A stretch of DNA of 63,969 bases, the filler included, from Phoronis australis (lineage: Eukaryota > Animalia > Phoronida): NCBI GenBank assembly GCA_002633005.1. It is 7 parts of 7 records of this genome, joined end to end, with 100 filler letters (N's around TTAATTAATTAA, not from the genome) between each part and the next. Parts side by side here need not be neighbours in the genome. Positions count along the whole stretch, not along the records: positions 1 to 15,914 come from NMRA01000808.1; positions 16,015 to 25,062 come from NMRA01001491.1; 5 more parts are not named here. One strand, 5' to 3'. Each line of letters starts with the position of its first letter. The stretch's first letter is position 1. Shown here one piece after another: positions 13,019-22,183 of the stretch. The notes below the pieces were generated by a model. The model was not told the DNA's origin and did no database searches. It was given only the letters and a program-made list of their open reading frames with translations. The position numbers and the translations under genes are program-made.

Positions 13019-14028
13019 GTGAGTGACTTCCCCTTCTTATACTACCAACTACCGTACGCAACATATCGCTTGTGGATGCTGAAGATGTACTTGTACGCTG
13101 CCCCATACAGGATTTATGGACCAACTAATGTACATCCGGCCAACAGCACTGTCCAACATGCAACAGACAGTCTCTGCAGACAAATTAATCTGACTTAAGA
13201 GACATCCCCAGTTTGATGGACCCTTAGTTCAATTCAATTGATACTCTACTAGTACTCAAACAGTCATTGGCCCACATCAACTCTTTCTCCAAAGATTTTT
13301 GGCTGACTTCACTGGATAAACCAGCCAGTTACTGCATTTTAATGCTACAAAGGTTTGCTTTTCAATTAGTTTCATTTACTAACTGCTTATACGTGCTCAC
13401 CTCACAGTAATACGTACTTTGTCTGGATCGAATGTTGCTTAAGATTTTCTATTAACTACTGGTGCCATCATGGCTAGAATCACTGCCGTCCATTTTCAGG
13501 ATTTTTTTTTCTTTATCCTATTTCATTGGTTGGTTTGGGAGGAGGGCAAGGACAATGGACCCCCTTTGGACACAGAAAAAGAAAACATGCCTCAGTCCAT
13601 CACTTACTTCAGTTTTAAGGGCTTATAAGGATAATAGTGTATGAAAACACAACTCTGTGTTACGGTTTTACGTGGGTATATTCTAGAGATCTACAGGATA
13701 CATCTATTCACTATGCTGTCTAACTCTCAACTGAAAACTTGTTTGTCAGAACTATAGAGATCATATGCTCATGAGTCATAATCAGATTTCAGAGAATTGT
13801 TGTGCACATCTTACACAATCTATGATTCTAGCTACCAGTGCCATATAAGGTTGTGTTTTGAACTCTGCATGTTTAATGTAAACCACGAACATAACAAATA
13901 GCCTTTTGAAAATATTGTTTGTCTCCCCTTCATACAACCTAGATCTGCTAGTGACTTGATGCAGTTTATACCAGGCTTGTATTATGAAATTATCCTGCTT
14001 TTCATACATCATTGTATGCTTGTTTCAG

Positions 14029-14208
14029 ACTTCTGTCATTAAGAGAGTGCACAACATCGGATAAGGATTTCAAGAAGCTAATGAAGTCTGTTGGAAAGTG
14101 TAAATCAATTCTACAGATGAACCTAAATCTAGGTTTAGTCAGTTCTTCCAGCCGATTAGAAAACCTTTGCCAAGCCATGGAGAAGAATCGGTCACTGACA
14201 ACTCTGAT
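14029..14208 (+). CDS. LRRC73: LRRC73-like, exon 2
   Basis: Acceptor TTTCAG|, LLSLRECTTSDKDF...LQMNLNLGLVSSSSRLENLCQAMEKNRSLTTL, donor |GTATGT. Phases are compatible with exons 1 and 3. Confidence 0.9.
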
Positions 14209-14776
14209 GTATGTTATACGAAGATCTCAATCTGAAGACAGCTTGTTCAGCCTTTTTGCTGGTAGAGTTGGCTCAGCTTGTTGGTGAATTGTGCATGTAC
14301 CTAACTTTCTAGTAAATGTTATGCAGTCAATTGTTGTTAAATTGATCATGAGTTCCACTTATACTTTATTAAGTTTTGCTTGAGTCAAAAATTGAGGCTT
14401 CATTCCTGGAACATTTAAAAGTAGGAAAGCAATGTTAAGAAGGAATTTTAATCTTTAAATCCTTTCGTATGTATGTTATGTCATGTGTGTTTTTGCACAG
14501 TGGCATTATTTTTCACATAAGACTTTCATGAATTTGTGTTTTCACAAGTTTGACAGTACAGGACGCTTTCCTTTACTAATTGGAGCAGTGGAGCAGCAGC
14601 TTACAATAGAACAACATCACACATGCCCCTGTTATATGTACCTTACTGTACAATTCAAGTAGGCTCACTTATTGTCCAGTGGAAACAGGAATGTTTGTTG
14701 CCATATGTTTATGAAAGCAGTCATTAGTACGGGTATAAAAAATCTGCTTGTCTGACATGCACTGCTCTAATTCAAG

Positions 14777-14937
14777 GATACATGGGAGTCCCCTCGGTGA
14801 TGAGGGTGCAACTCATTTGGCCGAGGCATTGTCCACACACCCTAACATCATAGCACTGGATGTCAGTGACTGCCAAATTGGTGATAAAGGGCTGCAGTAC
14901 ATTGCTGATTTGCTACCACCAGATGGAGCCAAACCAG
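14777..14937 (+). CDS. LRRC73: LRRC73-like, exon 3 (gene continues past the segment end)
   Basis: IHGSPLGDEGATHLAEALSTHPNIIALDVSDCQIGDKGLQYIADLLPPDGAKP(G), acceptor AAG|, donor |GTACTC. LLPPDGAK is characteristic of LRRC73. Confidence 0.9.
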
Positions 14938-15914
14938 GTACTCAATGGAGTTTTCGAAGTACAGGATTTTGACTTGAAAGGCCACAATCTAAATTTTAAC
15001 TAAAGGCCAGTGTGGCAATGTCAATGACTTTAAAACCCCTTTTCGATGACATTTTCGCTATGACTGCTTATCTTTTGTTCAAAGATGGTATTTTGCAGTA
15101 CGGGGAATTTTCAAAAAGATTGACTGGAAACTCAACTAAAAACTTAAAGCATTCTATAAAGATAATCTGTGAATATGTACTTGGTGCACAATGCAAATTT
15201 ATTTAGAATACAATCTTTTGTTTGAGCAGTTTGTCGATTGAAACCACTTTAAGTCCACCCTCTATCACAATTGCATGCATTTACTGCCCTTTCAGTCAGG
15301 GAGTTAAATGATGATTTTCACTTTGGAAATGGATATGTGGAATGTAACCTTTCAAGCAAAAACAACCGAATGGTTGCTTTAAAGCCTAACTTCAAAGGAA
15401 TTTTATTATTTTAGATGTATTGGGCTAACCAGAAAGTTCCAACAAAGCCTTAGTAAAATAAGAAAACCCGAGTTCAATCACGCAAATGTAAGCCCGTCAA
15501 ATGAAAAGTGAAGCTGCCTTTTCGTGGCGTGTTGCGTGACCGCGAGATCCCATCACAAACAACAAAAGATTGTATTGAATAGGGGTCTGAATAGGACATC
15601 ATTGTGTGCAGGTATTATTTGCAGCTGTTTGAGTTTAATTTAAAGGCCAGAAGGGTTTTCTGAAGAAAGGACCAATTTAAACTGTCATACGCTTTCTTAA
15701 AATCTAAGAATATAATTTGTCCATTGAGATTTTTATTTGTATAATACGATATTATGTCCTGTATTAATCTAATATTTTGACCAATAAATCGTTTTGAAAC
15801 AGCCGTTTGGTCTGGATGAATAAGCTTATGAATGTACTTATTTAGTCGATTGGCAATAACCTTTGTAAATAATTTGTAATCGCAATTTAATAACGAAATT
15901 GGTCGCCAATTTTC

Positions 15915-16014
15915 NNNNNNNNNNNNNNNNNNNNNNNNNNNNNNNNNNNNNNNNNNNNTTAATTAATTAANNNNNNNNNNNNNNNNNNNNNNNNNNNNNN
16001 NNNNNNNNNNNNNN
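15915..16014. other. Artificial scaffold linker; identical linkers at 25063-25162, 44716-44815, 47353-47452, 56889-56988 and 62752-62851
   Basis: 100-nt blocks of N with a central TTAATTAATTAA (stop codons in all six frames). Confidence 0.95.
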
Positions 16015-17847
16015 GATAACAGCAGGATTGATCCTAAATCTCACGAAATGGAGAGTCCTTCAATACCTAATTTTACCTCTGAGTTGCAAAAGCCTAAGTT
16101 AGAAATGAATATGCAAGAGGAACAAAAGAAAGATCAAGAGTGTAGGACAATAATCGATGAACTGTCATCTCCTAAGCCTAGCAAAAGAATTGGAAATAAG
16201 TATTTACTCAAAGAAAATGTCCTATATTATGTTTCCGATGATCACGGCGACGTCAAGGTTCGTCTGTACGTCCCTGAACATTTACAGTCGTTAGTCATCA
16301 AACAATATCACGATCAACTAGGACATTCAGGGATAGATCGAACATATCAGTCGTCTAGGAACTGTTATTTCTGGCCTAGAATGTTTAAAGACATTGAGAA
16401 GTATGTTTCAGAATGTGTTACATGCCAGGAACGAAATCTAAAAGCAGTTAAATCTCCACTAGGGGCGTCTAATGTTGTGAACGGCCCCTGGCAACAAGTA
16501 GCAATAGATTGTGTCGGTCCTATGAAACCATCACCCAGTGGTAACCGATATATCTTGACTCTGACTGACTGGTTTTCAAATTATACGTTGTTGTATCCGA
16601 TGCCGGATAAGAGTGCCGCCACAATCGCACGAATCCTGACTACTGATACCTTTTGTAGATTCGGTATAATGAACATTTTGGTCTCAGACAATGGCTCTGA
16701 ATTTGTAAACAAAACAGTAAAAGATGTTTTGGAATCATTTAACATTCGGCATGTTACCACAAGTTTTTACAATCCGAAAGCAAATGGCCGAGTCGAACGA
16801 TCACACAAAGTACTTGGTGACGTTTTGAGCAAATTATGCCGTGAAAATCCGGAACAATGGGATGTCTATCTCAGTCAAGCAGAGTCATGCTTAAATTTTC
16901 ATACCAACTATACTGGGTATAGCAGTTATTTTCTTATGTTCGGTAGAGACCCTAAACTTCCTGTACATAACATAATGCGGCCACGTGCTAAGTACGTGGG
17001 CGAGGAAGAACATAAGGTTATCCTACAAAACCAACATAGAGTTTTTAGGACAGTTTATCGAGTGATAAAACACCATCAGAACAAAAGATTAGCTACCGCG
17101 AATAAGGGTAGAATTTTGGTTGAATTAGAAGTTGGCGATCCCGTGTACCTTAAAAATAATTCTAAAACCAGCAAACTGGACCCTAAGTGGACAGGTTATT
17201 GGCGCGTCCTAGAACGACTGTCTGAAAAAACATATGTCATCAGGAATCAGTTAGATGGGACGGTTACCAAGTCGCACATTGACAACTTGAGGTGGGCACA
17301 AATCGACGATTGGAAGGTGAATGACGACGATTATCCACACATGAGGAGAGCGCGCTACACCGTCCCTCCCAGCTCTAGTGAAGAAAGCGATGTGTCTGAC
17401 GACGAACCACAGCAAGGTCTGCAGGATCATTTCCGCCAAATGAAGGGGGATTCATCTTCCGATGACTCTGACGTTCCCTTAGCGGAACTTCAAAGAAGAC
17501 TCCAACAGAGGGGGCAAGTGAAGACGTTGGCTCAGACGAAGCCAGCGCCTCAGATGGAGGGTCCAGGGACCCCATCATCTGAAAGCAAAGGACCCGAGTC
17601 CAAAGCCGAGTCGGATCCGATGACAGACCCCTCTTCACCAAATGACGAACAGTCTATGCTGTCGGATGAGACAGATATGGACACCGCCATGGGACCACGA
17701 CCAGACGATAATGCCATGGATGTGAACGTCCTCGCGCGATTGGACAAAAGGAGAAGCCGAAAGTGCAGAAAAACGACCCAAAATTCCTCCGCGGCTTATT
17801 TAGATTTGTGTCGCATGATGTTAGAAACATTTAGGAACGGTCGATAA
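16015..17847 (+). CDS. Gypsy pol C-terminus: intact integrase (HHCC zinc finger, DDE core, GPY/F-like motif) with a long acidic/Ser-rich tail
   Basis: YHDQLGH...CVTC; AIDCVGP; SDNGSEF...NGRVE with D-35-E spacing; KLDPKWTGYWRV. The frame is open from the linker edge, so it is 5'-truncated. Confidence 0.95.
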   Translation, partial: DNSRIDPKSHEMESPSIPNFTSELQKPKLEMNMQEEQKKDQECRTIIDELSSPKPSKRIGNKYLLKENVLYYVSDDHGDVKVRLYVPEHLQSLVIKQYHDQLGHSGIDRTYQSSRNCYFWPRMFKDIEKYVSECVTCQERNLKAVKSPLGASNVVNGPWQQVAIDCVGPMKPSPSGNRYILTLTDWFSNYTLLYPMPDKSAATIARILTTDTFCRFGIMNILVSDNGSEFVNKTVKDVLESFNIRHVTTSFYNPKANGRVERSHKVLGDVLSKLCRENPEQWDVYLSQAESCLNFHTNYTGYSSYFLMFGRDPKLPVHNIMRPRAKYVGEEEHKVILQNQHRVFRTVYRVIKHHQNKRLATANKGRILVELEVGDPVYLKNNSKTSKLDPKWTGYWRVLERLSEKTYVIRNQLDGTVTKSHIDNLRWAQIDDWKVNDDDYPHMRRARYTVPPSSSEESDVSDDEPQQGLQDHFRQMKGDSSSDDSDVPLAELQRRLQQRGQVKTLAQTKPAPQMEGPGTPSSESKGPESKAESDPMTDPSSPNDEQSMLSDETDMDTAMGPRPDDNAMDVNVLARLDKRRSRKCRKTTQNSSAAYLDLCRMMLETFRNGR

Positions 17848-17946
17848 GTAATTAAGGTTTCAGATTTCATCAGAACCATTTAATTAGTATCATACTTATA
17901 CTTGAATTTATTTGAATATTAAGGACGGGGTTGTCTCCCGANGTTC

Positions 17947-18768
17947 ATGAAGTTTGATGATGCTATCCAAAGGCTCTGTCGTGTTTTTATTAAAACAAAT
18001 ACAGCCTTACCACAGGCCATATATCTGAGATCTGGCTGGTACGCTGTAGTTAGTAACGAGATTACAAGATTTGCCCTCCTGTGCAACCACAGTCGCACTA
18101 ACACTAAATCAGTTACGGTGGACATTGGGGTAAATATGATACACGTCGATTACGGATGCCAGGCCACACACCCAACCATGACCCTCCTAGGGACTTTTCA
18201 CAGGGAATCTAGATACGAGCATCCTGATAGCTTCGCTCGAGTTTTGAGAATTCGGAAAGGACCTTTCACGATGTGGTCTCCTTATATTACAGCCTTTCCT
18301 AAACATGTGGAAGTAAAAATACCGTCACGCCTCGCTCACTTACCCGAAATTCCCCTGGATGGTTTAGTCGCTGATTTACGAAACCTGGAAACTCCAAAAC
18401 CCTGGACCCCCGATAATGAATTTTGGTTATATGTCGCTCTAGGAATAGCAGCATCGCTATTAATTTTGGGGTTGATTGTTTTTTTGAAACGTAGACAAAT
18501 TGCACGTGCCATACTTGAACAGTATCAGCCTGTAGTAACCGATGGTAGTCGTCCAGTTGCCACTGCACCGCCAGCGTTCGCACTCATGAGCGCACCGAAC
18601 GATGCCCGACAGACGTCACCGGCTGGGGAGAAACCCAGTGCTGACGACCACCAGACCGTATCGACTCAGTGGAATGGCAAACCAATCGAGATGAAGCAGT
18701 TTGTCCGACGTATGTACCCTACCTTGGATCCGGGAACTGGAGAGGACCTGAAGGAAACCTCCATGTGA
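17947..18768 (+). CDS. Envelope-like membrane protein, C-terminal part (N-terminal part probably lost at the single N at 17942)
   Basis: Lies 3' of pol. Cys pattern LC...LPQAIYLRSGWY...LLC...GCQA, single TM helix FWLYVALGIAASLLILGLIVFL followed by KRR, and a cytoplasmic tail ending YPTL. Resembles baculovirus-F-like env C-termini. Confidence 0.75.
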   Translation: MKFDDAIQRLCRVFIKTNTALPQAIYLRSGWYAVVSNEITRFALLCNHSRTNTKSVTVDIGVNMIHVDYGCQATHPTMTLLGTFHRESRYEHPDSFARVLRIRKGPFTMWSPYITAFPKHVEVKIPSRLAHLPEIPLDGLVADLRNLETPKPWTPDNEFWLYVALGIAASLLILGLIVFLKRRQIARAILEQYQPVVTDGSRPVATAPPAFALMSAPNDARQTSPAGEKPSADDHQTVSTQWNGKPIEMKQFVRRMYPTLDPGTGEDLKETSM

Positions 18769-18891
18769 CTCCGAGCTGTCGGTAGATACCGTAGTAGTAC
18801 TTCTGAACCTTACACGTAGAGTACGCTAGATAGTCGTCAGAAAGGAGGTGGTTATTAACATTGACAATTGTTACGATATCTAAAGGAACTT

Positions 18892-19305
18892 ATGAAACTA
18901 TTGCAGGAAAAAATGGCCGAACCAACCTATAAAACGCTACCCGCTGTCCGATTGGACGCCTCAGTGGAAGGACAGTGGATCGTCTTCCGCGTCGATCCCA
19001 CGGCAGACGCCACCGTATTGTCGCTTGCAGATTTCGCAAGCGTGCAGCACGGGGGTAACCGGACTCCACAAGGACTCTCGTGCGACAGACAGTCGTGGGG
19101 TGGCGTGAAAGAAATCGACACCCAATACGGCCAGGTCCGATATGACCGGAGGGAATGTGTGGCGGAAGTGGTCGACATTTTTTCGCTGGAGGTGGAGATA
19201 CGGGGAAGAACCAGGCATATGCCTGTGGTGGTAGCAGACGTACCGGAGAGTCTGCTGGCGTCCGATTGTTTTCAAACGCCGCAGACTCACCCGCTACGGC
19301 TATGA
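18892..19305 (+). CDS. Retropepsin (aspartyl protease)-like ORF with a non-canonical active site
   Basis: ASVEGQWIVFRVDPTADATVLS fits the ..V.G..v.flvDTGA..tvis motif. LEVEIRGRTRHMPVVVADVPESLLASD fits the C-terminal ..VV......LLG.D motif. Confidence 0.6.
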   Translation: MKLLQEKMAEPTYKTLPAVRLDASVEGQWIVFRVDPTADATVLSLADFASVQHGGNRTPQGLSCDRQSWGGVKEIDTQYGQVRYDRRECVAEVVDIFSLEVEIRGRTRHMPVVVADVPESLLASDCFQTPQTHPLRL

Positions 19306-19771
19306 ATAATTAAATATGTAGGTGTAACGTGCTATATTCTTAGTTAGTTTAGTGGGGGTGGCACCTTCATGGTTAGTTAATTAGTTAAGATATGAGATAT
19401 TTTGGTAGACTTGGTTTAAGGGGAACTATGACTTAATTATAATTTTAATACATATAAAGTATATTTGTTTATGTAATAAAGGGTTGGTATAAAGTTCGCT
19501 TGGTAATAGAAACATACTGTATGTGGGCGTTACATTATATTAATTGTTGGGATAATAGTTTATTGTGGTTGATATTTCGTTGTGAGATGCTGTTTGTTAA
19601 CCTGTTTAACGATCATCTGGAGGCTGACGACTTTCCGTGTTTTATCATTTTTTTTTGTTTATCTATTGCAGTTGTATGGCGATCACCTGGGTGAAACTTT
19701 ACATTGTCGGAAAATCTAAGACTTCCCAAAAATTTATAGTGTAAATGTTTTGGCTTAACAAAAGGGGGGAG

Positions 19772-20874
19772 TGTAATATAATGAAGCACTGCTTTCCACG
19801 TGCATGCAAACATGTCTTAAAATATTCCCAGGGGATGTGCATACCTCTNTGCCGTTATTATTGACAGGGACACGATAAAACGAATTTGGATTTTGACTAT
19901 AGTCTTGATACAGCGATCTGACTGATGTAATATAGTGAGGCACTGCTTTCCACGTGCATGCAAACATGTCTTAAAATATTCCCAGGGGATGTGCATACCT
20001 CTGCAATAGTTGAGATTCCTTGGAGGATGGGCACGCCCCTGGGGCAGCAAGTCCGAGAGGGGTGGCAGTTATGCAAGAATTTTCTATAGGATGGTTGGTC
20101 GCCAACTGAGCTTCCACATCTCTAGAGTGACAGTTAAATAGCGATCCCTCGGAGGATAGGCACACCCCTGGTGAAGCAAATCTGAGAGGGGTGACGGTTA
20201 TGCAAGAATTTTCTATAACATAGTTAATCACCAACTGAGATTCCACGTCGCTAGAGTGACAGTTGAATAGAGATCCCTCGGAGGATAGGCACACCCCTGG
20301 TGTAGCAAAATCTGAGAGAGGTGGCAGTTATGCAAGAATTTTCTATAGGACAGTTAATTAGCTGGTCATAAGAGAAATGTACTAAAAGAGGTGGGACCAT
20401 CACGTGATGGCTCCAAAGGTGCTACTTAAGGCACTAACAGAAGCAGACCGAGCAGACCGCATCGAACAAGACGACTGAAGTCTTCAAAAACTGCGACACA
20501 GGACCGGACGGGAAAACCCACGAGTCAAGCACTACCGAGGTATAGACATTTAACACAGGTGTTGGTCTCAGCCTGTTAGTCAATTCAAACCAGTCTAGCG
20601 ATTGTTCTAGAGGGTTAGTTCTTTTGCGACTTGTAATGCGTTTACATGTGCGGTTGCTATTGGTAATTGGTGACATTGTTATTTAGTACTTTCTCTAGCA
20701 GTGATATCTCTTCTCGTTCAGTTAGTCGTCAGTCTCGCAACTTATTGTAAACTATTGTTTGTTAATCACAACGCTGCAAATTAATAGACGTATTTTATTG
20801 GTTGAGGTATTCGTGTGTTGTTTTAATTACTACCACGTGCGCGCCATCTGTCGGCCGCAACACGATTCATTACA
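19772..20874 (+). repeat. 3' LTR of the Gypsy element
   Basis: Directly follows the PPT and has inverted termini TGTAAT/ATTACA. Contains three ~120-bp repeats (~20010-20350). The duplicated 5' segment (19772 and 19927) spans a single N and may be an assembly artefact. Confidence 0.85.
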
Positions 20875-20887
20875 CCACACAACTCAC

Positions 20888-20918
20888 ACAGTCCTGTAAA
20901 CGATGGCATCTTCGTCAT
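20888..20918 (-). CDS. LMBR1: LMBR1/LMBR1L-like membrane protein, short exon
   Basis: TTTTCAG|ATGACGAAGATGCCATCGTTTACAGGACTGT|GTGAGT encodes (D)DEDAIVYRT(V), matching LMBR1 DEDAIVNRIS. The phase-1 start fits the upstream exon. Confidence 0.8.
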
Positions 20919-22089
20919 CTGAAAAAGAACGGAAGCATTATGTATTCAGAATAAATTAATGCTTGTAAATGAATAAATGCCTGTCTCTGCCCAAACAACA
21001 GCCATGTTCCAAGTTCAATTCTCCTCTTAAGCAGAGGTAGAAAAACGCCTGACATGACGGACCTCAATTTCAAACCTTCTGGATCCTAATACACAACATA
21101 TTGTACCTCTCTGACTTGCCAATTTCTTTCTTTTCAGCACAGCAACTCACTGGCATTAAAATGATAAACGACTAATTATAGTTAGAAAGCAAAATAGTCA
21201 TAAGAAAGACAACCGTGAACAATAATGAGAAGTGACCAATAGATGCAAAGCATTATGGGTAAACAACTAATTGTGGTATATCGGTATGAGATCAGCGAAA
21301 CTAAAGATTCTAGAGCTCTTTTTACACGGAGAACAGTCGTCATGATGCAAGTTCAAGCGAAAGTCCAAACCACGTGGAATGCTGGCGGATCACTCGTATA
21401 CATGCTATTGCACAAAACAGGGATGATCCTTACACTTTGCACCAATTGGTGTTTAGTTGTGTAGTAGACACTGGAGCAATTGATGAGGTGCAATTGGCAT
21501 TGGCTCTACCCATCAAACCGGTGTCAAAAATGACCGCTACAGTGTCACTTGCTCCGTGTCAGTCGTCTTTACACACAAACTTGTGCCCGATCAGCTGTTC
21601 CACGTTAGTTGCTCCGTGACAACTGTCTCCTGTATAAATGCGGCTTAGAAAATGGAAAAAACCATCAAGCAGAACTTCCACTAAGCGATGTAGCTATCAC
21701 AACTGAGCCAAAATTTTATACATTCTTTGAAACAAATCTATTGAATGTTTTGACAGAATAGTGAAAATTGCCCATGTCTGATTTTGTAAAAAGCTCAAAA
21801 TGTCCAAAATGAAGAAAGTCATTTAAAGTTTAAAAATGAATTTAATTAAATCACACACAACACCATATTAAAATGAGGATTTCTTGTGGAACTATGAAAC
21901 CTTTAGACACTTTAAACATTTGATAGGGTCAACTTGTGTAGTTCCAACATAGAATATAAACAGCACACTGTGATGTTATTGGTCCAAAGGTCTCACAATC
22001 CGAAAAAGAAAACCAAAATTCATTTGGCTGAAAGGTCATGAGAACTGCACCAGAGCGTCTAACATAATGAATTTGTGTGAAACTAATAC

Positions 22090-22183
22090 CTGAACAGTAG
22101 TCGTCTCTGTCACCTTTCTTTCTGAAGGCACATATTGTGGCATAGGACACTACGAAGAGCAGGATGAAAAGTATACCAAATAT
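22090..22183 (-). CDS. LMBR1: LMBR1/LMBR1L-like, exon encoding the first TM helix
   Basis: Acceptor TTTCAG|, IFGILFILLFVVSYATICAFRKKGDRDDYCS, donor |GTATTA. Compare LMBR1 ICFLLFAILYVVSYFIITRYKRK. Confidence 0.8.

Larger units (their letters stand above)
16015..20874 (+). mobile_element. 3' half of an env-bearing Ty3/Gypsy retrotransposon (endogenous retrovirus-like)
   Basis: Order is integrase ORF, env-like ORF, protease-like ORF, PPT AAAAGGGGGGAG (19760-19771), LTR TGTAAT...ATTACA. Confidence 0.9.

Noticed and set aside
15915-16014. Recurrent TTAATTAATTAA palindrome, and apparent LRRC73-LMBR1-HERC2 linkage
   Set aside because: These are artificial linkers, so adjacency across them cannot be taken as synteny.
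19772-20002. Duplicated LTR 5' end as a tandem-LTR structure
   Set aside because: The two copies are separated by a single N (19849), so a contig-join artefact is likely.
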